DNA of 64,000 nt, taken from NCBI GenBank assembly GCA_947482115.1, contig CANKII010000001.1:448785-512784 (forward strand). The letters are read 5' to 3'. Under the pieces are notes generated by a model. It was not told the origin of the DNA. It saw only the letters and a list, made by a program, of their open reading frames with translations, and did no database searches. This document shows, in pieces, positions 9,569 to 17,779 of this stretch (positions within the stretch are counted from its first letter, which is position 1; each line of letters begins with the position of its first letter). Made by a program: the position numbers and the translations under genes. This DNA comes from Fibrobacterota bacterium. Lineage in GTDB: Bacteria; Fibrobacterota; Fibrobacteria; UBA11236.

Positions 9569-9607
9569 ACCCGAACCCTGAACGTAGTCGAAGGGTGAGA
9601 TAATTCC

Positions 9608-10411
9608 ATGCCCCAATTTACTCCGGAAGAAATGCAACGCTATGAACGCCACTTCTCGTTGAGTGGCGTCGGTTTTCAGGGACAACTCAAACTCAAGAAT
9701 TCCAAAGTGCTCGTGGTTGGTGCGGGAGGATTGGGTTCTCCGGCGTTGTTGTATTTAGCCTCAGCTGGCATTGGCCGAATCGGCATTGTGGATGGGGATA
9801 CGGTGGATCTCACCAATCTGCAACGCCAGATCATTCATGCCACGCCGGATATCGGAAAACTCAAAACCTTGTCGGCCAAGGAAAAAATCGCAGCCATCAA
9901 TCCCGATGTCGAAGTGATTGAACACAGGGAATTTCTGGATGCTTCCAATGTCACTCGAATTTTCGCGGACTATGATTTTATCGTGGAAGGTTGCGATAAT
10001 TTTGCGACCAAGTTTCTGGTAAACGACGCCTGTGTGATTCTCGGAAAACCGTTTTCCCATGCGGGCATGTTGCGATTCGAAGGTCAGACCTTCACCTATG
10101 TTCCCGGAAAAAGCCGCTGCTATCGCTGCTTGTTCCGTAACCCGCCACCGCAGGGCAGCGTTCCGAATTGCGCCGATGCGGGAATTCTGGGAATGTTGCC
10201 GGGGATTTTGGGATCGATTCAGGCTACAGAAACGGTGAAGTATTTGTTGGACTTGGGAGATTTACTTACGGATCGTTTGCTGATCTTTGATGCATTGGCG
10301 ATGCATTTTCGGGAAATCAAAGGCTCTCGCGATCCCGGTTGTCCAGTATGTGGTGATCATCCAACCATTACGGATTTGCGGGATGAAGCCGGTGGGAGAT
10401 GCGAGAGCTGA
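9608..10411 (+). CDS. ThiF/MoeB/HesA-family E1-like adenylyltransferase
   Basis: VLVVGAGGLGSPALLYLASAGIGRIGIVDGDTVDLTNLQRQ nucleotide-binding motif; C-terminal CxxC...CPVC zinc motif. Confidence 0.8.
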   Translation: MPQFTPEEMQRYERHFSLSGVGFQGQLKLKNSKVLVVGAGGLGSPALLYLASAGIGRIGIVDGDTVDLTNLQRQIIHATPDIGKLKTLSAKEKIAAINPDVEVIEHREFLDASNVTRIFADYDFIVEGCDNFATKFLVNDACVILGKPFSHAGMLRFEGQTFTYVPGKSRCYRCLFRNPPPQGSVPNCADAGILGMLPGILGSIQATETVKYLLDLGDLLTDRLLIFDALAMHFREIKGSRDPGCPVCGDHPTITDLRDEAGGRCES

Positions 10412-10425
10412 ACGACCAGGAAGAG

Positions 10426-10878
10426 TTAGAGCAGTAGCTTGGCGTATTTGGCTGCCAAGTCTTCCTGAATAGGTTCCACCTCTCGCACCCGCTCTCTCCG
10501 CAGTTCCATCATCGGTACAGGCTTGTTCATTCGAATCCGCTCATCTATTGCGAGCGGCTTGCGGTTTTGGATGGGCGTTTGAACCGGCATCTGGACCGGA
10601 ATTTCCATTCGAGGTTGCGACTCTTCTTTTCGCACTTCGGCCACCGGCGCGGGAGCAGGCGCGGGATTCGGTGAGGGCTCCAGCGCATTCATGAGGTTCA
10701 GAACGAAGTTGAACACCACGGGAGTTTGCGACGCACCCTGATTTGCCAAGGCATTTCCAAAAGCAGGTGTGGTGAACTCGAGGATTTCAGGAATCCAGAC
10801 TTTGACGTGAATGTCAAGCATGTTGGTGGTGCGATCGAAGTTCGTTTGCTTTTCCATCAATTTCATGTCGGGCTCCAA
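10426..10878 (-). CDS. hypothetical protein (Pro/Ala-rich central region)
   Basis: 150 aa ORF, no recognisable family; alternative start MKLM at 10866. Confidence 0.35.
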   Translation of the reverse strand: MEPDMKLMEKQTNFDRTTNMLDIHVKVWIPEILEFTTPAFGNALANQGASQTPVVFNFVLNLMNALEPSPNPAPAPAPVAEVRKEESQPRMEIPVQMPVQTPIQNRKPLAIDERIRMNKPVPMMELRRERVREVEPIQEDLAAKYAKLLL

Positions 10879-11269
10879 AAGGGATCAATGAGATTCAAAT
10901 ATGCATTCAACGGTTAGACGCATCGCATCGTTGAATGGGGACGCGGTTTTCGAAAGGAATGTGACTCAAGTCACCCGGGAAAAAGAGGTGGGATACCAAG
11001 CGCCGGTAGGTTGACTTCGGGTCTCGTCTTCAAGAGTCACCCGGTTCAGGATCTGTTCAGTAGAACCATCCACGGGCGGAATCCATATTTCCACCAATAA
11101 TTCGACGTTTTCGCCAGTTTCGAGGATTTCTTCCATCTCGTCCACGGTGTTCTCCCAGATTCTTTCAAATCATACAGTTGGGTTCTGCATTGTATGACGA
11201 AATGAAAAGGGGATTTGGGGACAATGCAAAATGACAAAGATTTATAGGGAATCAAAGAAGCACAAGAGG

Positions 11270-11998
11270 CTACTTCAAAACCAAATCCACACCTGTCACA
11301 ATCAACAGCACATACACCACATAAACAAAATATTTCTGCGGCAACCACCGGTTCATCAGCCACCCAACGCCAATGCCCAGCGGAATCATCGGCAAAAGTT
11401 TGAGATCCACTTTCAGGATATCGACATTCACGATTCCCGAAGCCACATAAGGTGGGAGTTTCAGAAGATTGGTCACAAAGAAGAACAGACTTGTCGTGCC
11501 CACGAAGGTTTTTTTGTCCATCTTCTGCGCAATCAGATAAAGCGCCATGATGGGACCCGCTGCGTGCGCCAGTGTGGAGGAAAATCCGGCCAGCACTCCG
11601 ACCAGCATTCCCTGCCACCAACTGGGCACATAGGTTTTGGACGGATACCAGATGTCACGTATTAAAAGCAGGGCTGTCAGAAAGAGCGCCGTTCCTCCCA
11701 ATGCATGTCGAAGCAGATGATCGGACACCGAATTGACAAACAGCATTCCCAACGCGATGCCGAAGACGCAACCAAAGATCGGCCAGCGTATCCGGCTGAA
11801 GTCCCACTTTTTCCAGTACACGCTCACGGTCAGGATGTCCGCGAAAATCAACAGGGGCAGTACAAGACCAATGGCCTGCTTGGCCTTGTATGCGTAAGCC
11901 AGCAAAGGGGTTTGCAAAAGTGAGATGCCGGAGGCGAATCCCGCCTTGCCGAAGCCGACGATGAAAGCACCGAGATAGGGAAAGATTGCCGTATTCAT
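11270..11998 (-). CDS. TSUP-family membrane transporter (TauE/SafE sulfite-exporter-like)
   Basis: 242 aa, multiple TM helices, Gly-rich repeats typical of TauE/SafE duplication. Confidence 0.75.
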   Translation of the reverse strand: MNTAIFPYLGAFIVGFGKAGFASGISLLQTPLLAYAYKAKQAIGLVLPLLIFADILTVSVYWKKWDFSRIRWPIFGCVFGIALGMLFVNSVSDHLLRHALGGTALFLTALLLIRDIWYPSKTYVPSWWQGMLVGVLAGFSSTLAHAAGPIMALYLIAQKMDKKTFVGTTSLFFFVTNLLKLPPYVASGIVNVDILKVDLKLLPMIPLGIGVGWLMNRWLPQKYFVYVVYVLLIVTGVDLVLK

Positions 11999-12000
11999 AT

Positions 12001-12552
12001 TTAACGAGCCACGATGCGCTGACGCACCTGCTCTGCAGCCTCCGGATTTAAAAGAAGGGATATCAAGGTTAACGCAAATTCTTCCGACGTTCCCGCTCCG
12101 CGCGAGGTGATCACTTTGCCGTCGATATGGACCCGATCTTGAACGTAAGAACGGACCTGACCGGTAAATTCTTCTTCCGAACCGGGAAAGGATGTCACGG
12201 TGAGGTTTGAAGTGATGCCCGCGTCCATCAAGACCAAGGGTGCGGCGCAGATGGCCGCGATGTAGCCTTGTTCGTTGCGAAACTTGCGGACCAATTCCAA
12301 TACTTCCGGGCGCATGCGCAAGGCATCCACTCCGGGACCGCCGGGAATCAACAACATGTCAAAGATCTGATCCGCACAGGCGGACAGCAGGGCATCTGCC
12401 ATCACGGAGACGTTTCGGCTGCCCAAAATCTTGAGATCCTTGGTGACCGACGCGGTGGTCACGGTAATTCCGGCGCGGCGCAGCAAATCGACGGCGGTAA
12501 TGGCCTCGATCTCTTCAAAGCCGGGGTGAAGAAGCACCAGCACCTTTTTCAT
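12001..12552 (-). CDS. DJ-1/PfpI (ThiJ) family protein
   Basis: MKKVLVLLHPGFEEIEAITAVDLLRRAG...LLIPGGPG...AAICAAPLVL nucleophile-elbow Cys; start taken at internal ATG 12552 to avoid overlap with hslO. Confidence 0.8.
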   Translation of the reverse strand: MKKVLVLLHPGFEEIEAITAVDLLRRAGITVTTASVTKDLKILGSRNVSVMADALLSACADQIFDMLLIPGGPGVDALRMRPEVLELVRKFRNEQGYIAAICAAPLVLMDAGITSNLTVTSFPGSEEEFTGQVRSYVQDRVHIDGKVITSRGAGTSEEFALTLISLLLNPEAAEQVRQRIVAR

Positions 12553-12571
12553 CGGTGCTAAATTAGCATAG

Positions 12572-13507
12572 ATGGAAAACACCCCGCTCCCCGCTTTTTC
12601 TCCACCCACAACCTTCTCCCACGGCGACCGCATCTGGCGGGCTACCGGCGATAAACTCGCCGTCCGCATTGTGCTGGTGGACAACACCGAAACCGCCAAT
12701 CGCATCGCCTCGGCGCACGGTGCACAGGCCTTCGCCCGCCAGCTTCTCGGCGAATCCATCTCCGCTTCGCTTTTGCTCGCTTCGGGTCTCAAGGGACCGG
12801 GAACGATTCAACTGCGCTTCTCGCTTTCAGGCGACATCAGCCGCGTGGCTGCCGATGCCACACCGATGGGGTTGGTGCGCGCCATGATCCCGCAGGAAGA
12901 TCTTTCCCGCACCGGAAATTTTGAACCCATGTTGCTGCCGCAAATGTTGACGGTGAGCAAGCTGGATCGCGATGGTCAGCGCATTGCCGAGGGCATCGTG
13001 GAAATGGAATCGGCGGACATCTCGCAAAGCGTAACCCATTATTTGCGCCAGAGCGAACAGGGCAAGGCTTGGCTGCGCGCGACATCGGTATGCGATACGC
13101 CTACGGGAGAACGACTGCATTTCAGCGGCGGGTTTTTAATCGAAGGTTTTCCCGGTTTGTTGGAAGCCGGGTGGAAAGCGATTGAAACGACTGCGCAAGG
13201 TTTGGATGTGGCCGCTTACGCGCTTCCCGGCGGCGGACTGGATTTACACGCTTTGTTCAACCAGTTTGCCGCGCATTTCCCTGCGCAAATTCATCAGGAG
13301 TTCAAGGTCGAGTCCTATTGTCCATGCACAGAAGACGGAGTGCTTCGCGCCATGGCGGGATTGGGACGTGACGAACTACTGAGCATTCTGATGGAAGGAC
13401 AGGATACCGAGGTGTTCTGCGAGTTCTGCCGCCGCCGTTATGCCATTCTTCCCGAGCAAATCGGAGCTCTTTTGGACGGTTTGGAGCCAGACGAAGAGCT
13501 ACCTTGA
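12572..13507 (+). CDS. hslO: redox-regulated chaperone Hsp33
   Basis: C-terminal zinc centre CPCTEDG...CEFCRRRY (CxC...CxxC) and N-terminal Hsp33 fold motifs; exact start uncertain. Confidence 0.85.
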   Translation: MENTPLPAFSPPTTFSHGDRIWRATGDKLAVRIVLVDNTETANRIASAHGAQAFARQLLGESISASLLLASGLKGPGTIQLRFSLSGDISRVAADATPMGLVRAMIPQEDLSRTGNFEPMLLPQMLTVSKLDRDGQRIAEGIVEMESADISQSVTHYLRQSEQGKAWLRATSVCDTPTGERLHFSGGFLIEGFPGLLEAGWKAIETTAQGLDVAAYALPGGGLDLHALFNQFAAHFPAQIHQEFKVESYCPCTEDGVLRAMAGLGRDELLSILMEGQDTEVFCEFCRRRYAILPEQIGALLDGLEPDEELP

Positions 13508-13527
13508 TGCCTCCGGAAGAAAAGATC

Positions 13528-15258
13528 ATGTCATACCTCGTCATGGCCCGCAAATGGCGGCCGAAGAACTTCGAAGAAATGGTGGGGCAGGAGCATATCG
13601 CCAAGACGCTCCGCAACGCCCTGACTTCCGGCCGCATCGCCCATGCATTCCTATTCACCGGAACCCGCGGAGTGGGGAAGACCACCTCCGCCAGAATTCT
13701 CGCCAAAGCCTTGAACTGCAAAAATGGCCCAACACCGACGCCTTGTGAAGTCTGCGAAAACTGCCTTGCAGTAAATCAGGGCGCATCCATGGACGTTCTC
13801 GAAATCGACGGCGCGTCCAACAACGGTGTGGACAATGTTCGCGACTTGCGCGAACAGGTGAAGTATGCGCCGATGCACGGCCAATACAAGATTTACATCA
13901 TCGACGAAGTACACATGCTTTCCAAGGCGGCGTTCAACGCTTTGCTCAAGACTTTGGAAGAGCCGCCTCCGCATGTGATTTTCATCTTCGCCACCACCGA
14001 GGTGAGCAAGGTTCCTCACACCATTTTATCCCGCGTCCAACGCTTCGACTTCCGCCGCATTTCCGAGACGGCCATTCGCGATCGACTCGACTTCATTTGC
14101 GGACAGGAAAAGATTCAGTTTGAAGTGGAAGCGCTGGAAGCCATTGCCCGTAAGGCCGACGGCAGCATGCGCGATGCACTGAGCCTGTTTGATCGCGTCG
14201 TCGCCTTTACCGGTGAAAGCCTGACTTTGGAATCCACGCGCAAGGTGCTTGGCATTCCCGAAGACCGGTTGTTCGGGAATTTGTTGAAGTGTTTGATGAC
14301 CCATGATACGGCGGGGTGTTTCAAGGCTTTGGAAGAAGTGTATCATCAGGGTTTGGAGATCTCCGAATTCCTGTCCGGCTTTGGGGAATATCTGCGTGAT
14401 GTGTTGTTCAGCCGTCAGGAAGGCATTACACCCGCTATGTTGGGAGTGGGTGAGGCGCGCTTCCGAGATTTACGAGCCTTGGCTTTGGATCTTCAAGACG
14501 GTGATTTGTTGCGCTATGCCAAGATCACTTCTGATTTACTCGGTGGTTTAAAGACTGCTCCGCATCCACGACTGTGGGTGGAACTGGGCCTGTCGCGTAT
14601 GGCCGCTTTGGATCGCGTGGTCACCTTGTCACAGTTGATGGGGCAGGAATCATTGCCTCCTGTGCATATTCAGCCTGCACCTCCGGTTCAATTGCCTACG
14701 GCAGCAGTACCTATTCCGGAACCGATTCCCGAGGCTAAAAAAAAAAGTCCTGAACAACCCTCATCCCCAACCCCTTCTCCCACGGTAGTGGGAGAAGGGG
14801 AAGAAGAAACGGTTTTAAAACCACAATTCTCTTCTCACCCCTCTCCCGCGTTTAAGGCGGGAGAGGGGCTGGGGGTGAGGGATTTACCCGCCCAATGGAC
14901 CGCATTGGTCGATTCCTATTCCATCGAAAAGCCGCTTACCGCAAGTCCCTTGCGATATAGCCACTTACGCATAAAACCTGAAGAAACTCCCGTGGTGGAA
15001 ATTGTATTTTCAGGGAGTGGACATCACGATCTTTTTCTGGCCGATGGTGAGGGGAAACGCAGCCTCAGAAACTTTCTCGCTGCATCGCTCGAAGCCGACA
15101 GTATTTTCACTTTGGCCTTCGCATTTGAAGAGCCCGTGGGTGGTACATCCAAGTCGGCTCCGGTTACGGAAGGCCTGAATGTTTTGCTGCAACGAGAGCC
15201 CATCGTAAAAACCCTGCTGGACATGTTCGAGGGGCGCGTGCTCGAAGGTCCGGTTTAA
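13528..15258 (+). CDS. dnaX: DNA polymerase III subunits gamma/tau
   Basis: AAA+ clamp-loader motifs RPKNFEEMVGQEHI, GTRGVGKTTSARILAKALNC, zinc module CEVCENC, DEVHML, SRVQRFDF; contains in-frame repeat insert 14758..14881 and A10 tract 14737..14746. Confidence 0.9.
   Translation: MSYLVMARKWRPKNFEEMVGQEHIAKTLRNALTSGRIAHAFLFTGTRGVGKTTSARILAKALNCKNGPTPTPCEVCENCLAVNQGASMDVLEIDGASNNGVDNVRDLREQVKYAPMHGQYKIYIIDEVHMLSKAAFNALLKTLEEPPPHVIFIFATTEVSKVPHTILSRVQRFDFRRISETAIRDRLDFICGQEKIQFEVEALEAIARKADGSMRDALSLFDRVVAFTGESLTLESTRKVLGIPEDRLFGNLLKCLMTHDTAGCFKALEEVYHQGLEISEFLSGFGEYLRDVLFSRQEGITPAMLGVGEARFRDLRALALDLQDGDLLRYAKITSDLLGGLKTAPHPRLWVELGLSRMAALDRVVTLSQLMGQESLPPVHIQPAPPVQLPTAAVPIPEPIPEAKKKSPEQPSSPTPSPTVVGEGEEETVLKPQFSSHPSPAFKAGEGLGVRDLPAQWTALVDSYSIEKPLTASPLRYSHLRIKPEETPVVEIVFSGSGHHDLFLADGEGKRSLRNFLAASLEADSIFTLAFAFEEPVGGTSKSAPVTEGLNVLLQREPIVKTLLDMFEGRVLEGPV
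14737..14753 (+). promoter_or_regulatory. candidate tau/gamma recoding site: A10 slippery run followed by -1-frame UGA
   Basis: AAA AAA AAA A in zero frame; -1 frame reads AAG UCC UGA (stop 14751..14753); GAGG 3 nt upstream; strong hairpin element starts 12 nt downstream. Confidence 0.45.
14758..14881. repeat. composite palindromic repeat, copy C, inserted in frame in dnaX linker
   Basis: CCCTCATCCCC-AA-CCCCTTCTCCC-loop-GGGAGAAGGGG-spacer-CCCCTCTCCC-loop-GGGAGAGGGG-CT-GGGGGTGAGGG; translated as ...SSPTPSPTVVGEGEEETVLKPQFSSHPSPAFKAGEGLGVRD... Confidence 0.8.
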
Positions 15259-15280
15259 ATTTAAGGACGAGGAGAGTCTT

Positions 15281-15586
15281 ATGAACATGCAGAAAATGCT
15301 CAAGGAATTGCAAAAGGTGCAGGGCCGCATGGGCAAGGTGCAGGAAGAGTTGCAGTCGGCCATATACGATGCTGAGGCTGGCGGCGGTTTGGTCAAGGTT
15401 TCCATGAACGGCAAATACGAAGTCCAGGCCGTGCGTCTCAAGAAAGAAGCCGTGGATCCGGACGATGTCGAGGCTTTGGAAGATTTATTGCTGGCGGCTT
15501 TCAATGAAGCGCGCAACAAAGTCGAAACAGATTCGCAGGAAAAAATGGGCGGATTGACAAAAGGTTTGGGAATACCGGGAATGTGA
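15281..15586 (+). CDS. ybaB: nucleoid-associated protein YbaB/EbfC
   Basis: 101 aa, MNMQKMLKELQKVQGRMGKVQEEL...GGGLVKVSMNGKYEV..., family signature; follows dnaX as in most bacteria. Confidence 0.85.
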   Translation: MNMQKMLKELQKVQGRMGKVQEELQSAIYDAEAGGGLVKVSMNGKYEVQAVRLKKEAVDPDDVEALEDLLLAAFNEARNKVETDSQEKMGGLTKGLGIPGM

Positions 15587-15667
15587 GCTAAAAACGTCGT
15601 TTTGACAAACTGTCGCTTTGCCAGAACGACCATGCAACTCACATCCAGTCTTATCTTTTAATCACTA

Positions 15668-16474
15668 ATGGAAATCTTTATCGCACTCTTGAAGGGGCTG
15701 CTCCCTGTCGCCTATCTCATCTGTCTGTGGTTTTACGGACAGTTGTTTTTCAGCGCGGATGAAACGAAGCAAAGCCGTTGGGCCAAACTCAGTGTGGCGA
15801 TTGCGGTATGCATGCACACAGCCCTGTTATTTAGTCTCGCGGCCCAATATCATCGCTGTCCCTTGTGGACTCAAGGCGAAGCTTTGTTGTTTCTGGCATG
15901 GATGTTGGCCATTGTCCATCTTCTTTCCGAATGGTCGGCGGATACACGGAGATTGGGGTTCTTCACTTTGGGACCGGCTGCTTTTTGCGCCACTGTGGCG
16001 CTGTCCTTTCTCGGTAAAGAATTGATGCTGGATGCGCAATACCGCAGTTCCTGGTTCATCTTTCACATCGTTGCGAGCCTCGCCGCTTATGCCGCCTTCA
16101 GTCTGGCCGCCGTTTTGGCTGCCTTGTATCTGACTTTGCATCGCAAGCTTAAACTCAAAACTTTCGACCTGACATTTCGCAAACTTCCGCCGCTGGACAA
16201 GCTGGACAAGCTCTCCGCCATGTGGTCCTTTTTGGGAACTTTGCTCATGCTTGCCAGCACGGTCATCGGTGTGTGGTGGGTGCGGCGCGATGGCTTGCAT
16301 GGAATGTCCCCGCGTGAAATCGGCATTTTTGTCGTACTGGCGATTTTTCTGTTTACTGCTGCAGCTCGCAGAACATTGGGCTGGCGCGGACGCCGTCATG
16401 CGATTTGGATTTTGGCGGGCTTTGCGGCCTTGGTACTGGCGAATCTTGCCGGACTGCACGGGTTTCACTTTTAG
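15668..16474 (+). CDS. cytochrome c assembly protein family membrane protein (CcsA/HemX-like)
   Basis: 268 aa polytopic membrane protein immediately upstream of hemA (B. subtilis hemAX-like arrangement), W-rich segments. Confidence 0.6.
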   Translation: MEIFIALLKGLLPVAYLICLWFYGQLFFSADETKQSRWAKLSVAIAVCMHTALLFSLAAQYHRCPLWTQGEALLFLAWMLAIVHLLSEWSADTRRLGFFTLGPAAFCATVALSFLGKELMLDAQYRSSWFIFHIVASLAAYAAFSLAAVLAALYLTLHRKLKLKTFDLTFRKLPPLDKLDKLSAMWSFLGTLLMLASTVIGVWWVRRDGLHGMSPREIGIFVVLAIFLFTAAARRTLGWRGRRHAIWILAGFAALVLANLAGLHGFHF

Positions 16475-16477
16475 GAA

Positions 16478-17779
16478 ATGATTTTGAACGCGCCATCACA
16501 GCCGCAGGTTTTTGTGCTCGGAGCCAATCATTTGACCGCTTCCGTTTCATTGCGCGACCGGTTGCTGCTGGATGAAAAAAGCATTCAGGAATTTGCGGAG
16601 ACCTTGTTGAAGGACGGCGTTGTGAAAGAGCTCTCCATTCTTTCCACCTGCAACCGATCCGAGATTTACGGCATGGCGGAAGATCCAAAGGCGGCGAGAA
16701 CGCACATTGAAAACGCCTGGGCAGCCCGGCGCAATGTCAGCGAGGATGAAATTCGCACCCATGGTTATTTCCTTTCGGAAACCGAGGCCATTCGCCATTT
16801 GTTCCGCGTCATGGGCTCTCTCGATAGCATGGTACTTGGAGAGATGCAGATTCTTGGACAGGTCAAGGATTCCTATCAATTGGCCTCGCAGAACGGTTGG
16901 ACGGATTTTTATTTGAACCACATTTTTCAATCCGGCTTCCACACGGGCAAGCGGATTCATTCCGAGACAACCATTCATGAAGGCGCAGTGAGTATCAGTT
17001 ATGCCGCAGTGGAGCTGGCGCGCAAGGTGTTGGGCGATTTGCGCGGGCGTGTGGTCGGTGTGGTGGGTGCGGGTGAAATGGGAGAGCTGGCGGCGCAGCA
17101 TTTGCACAAGGCCGGAGCCCGTAGTTTTCTGTTCTTCAACCGCTCCATGGGGCCAGCCGAGCGCATGGCTGCGGCTTTCGGCGGAGAATCCCGTCTCCTC
17201 TCCGAACTGCAGGAGCACATGGGGCAATGCGACATCGTGATTTCCGCCACTGGTGCGCCGGACATTGTGATTACGCGCGAACATGTTCAAGGCGCATTGC
17301 GGCACCGGCATGGTCGCCCCCTCTTTCTGGTGGACATTGCGGCGCCGCGTGACATTGATCCGCTGGTGGGCGAAATAGAGAACACCTTTTTGTTCACCAT
17401 CGACGATCTCAAGAATGCTGTCAGCGGAAACCTGGAATTGCGCCGGCAGGAGGCCCACAAGGCTGAAGCCATTGTCGAAGAGGAAGCCGCACGGATTGAA
17501 TCCTGGAGTCGCGCTCTGGGTGTGGTCCCGGTTTTGCGCACCCTGCGGGAAAAATATCAGGCCATCACCGATCGGGAAATTGAAAAATGGGCCGCCGGTC
17601 AACCGCCGGAATTGCGTACGCACCTGGAATCGCTGGGGCGCGGCCTGCTCAATAAATTTTTACACGCCCCGACGACGCGTCTCAAGCAACTGGGCGAACA
17701 GGGCGACGGTTCACGCGCGAGCTATTACGCGGATTTGCTGTTCGCCCTGGCCCGCGAGGAGAAACAACATGGTGACTAA
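16478..17779 (+). CDS. hemA: glutamyl-tRNA reductase
   Basis: 433 aa; active-site region ILSTCNRSEIYG, NAD-binding GAGEMGELAAQHL. Confidence 0.9.
   Translation: MILNAPSQPQVFVLGANHLTASVSLRDRLLLDEKSIQEFAETLLKDGVVKELSILSTCNRSEIYGMAEDPKAARTHIENAWAARRNVSEDEIRTHGYFLSETEAIRHLFRVMGSLDSMVLGEMQILGQVKDSYQLASQNGWTDFYLNHIFQSGFHTGKRIHSETTIHEGAVSISYAAVELARKVLGDLRGRVVGVVGAGEMGELAAQHLHKAGARSFLFFNRSMGPAERMAAAFGGESRLLSELQEHMGQCDIVISATGAPDIVITREHVQGALRHRHGRPLFLVDIAAPRDIDPLVGEIENTFLFTIDDLKNAVSGNLELRRQEAHKAEAIVEEEAARIESWSRALGVVPVLRTLREKYQAITDREIEKWAAGQPPELRTHLESLGRGLLNKFLHAPTTRLKQLGEQGDGSRASYYADLLFALAREEKQHGD

Noticed and set aside
12552-12792. Upstream extension of DJ-1/PfpI ORF overlapping hslO on opposite strand
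   Set aside because: Homology to DJ-1 family begins at internal MKKVLVLL; extension overlaps the Hsp33 N-terminus
16547-17623. 358-aa minus-strand ORF antisense to hemA (and similar long antisense ORFs 21814..22560, 23374..23985, 34877..35614, 19200..20168, 15010..15642, 6591..7187)
   Set aside because: Each lies entirely within a well-supported gene on the other strand or frame; proteins are low-complexity Arg/Ala/Gly-rich, as expected for antisense frames in GC-rich DNA
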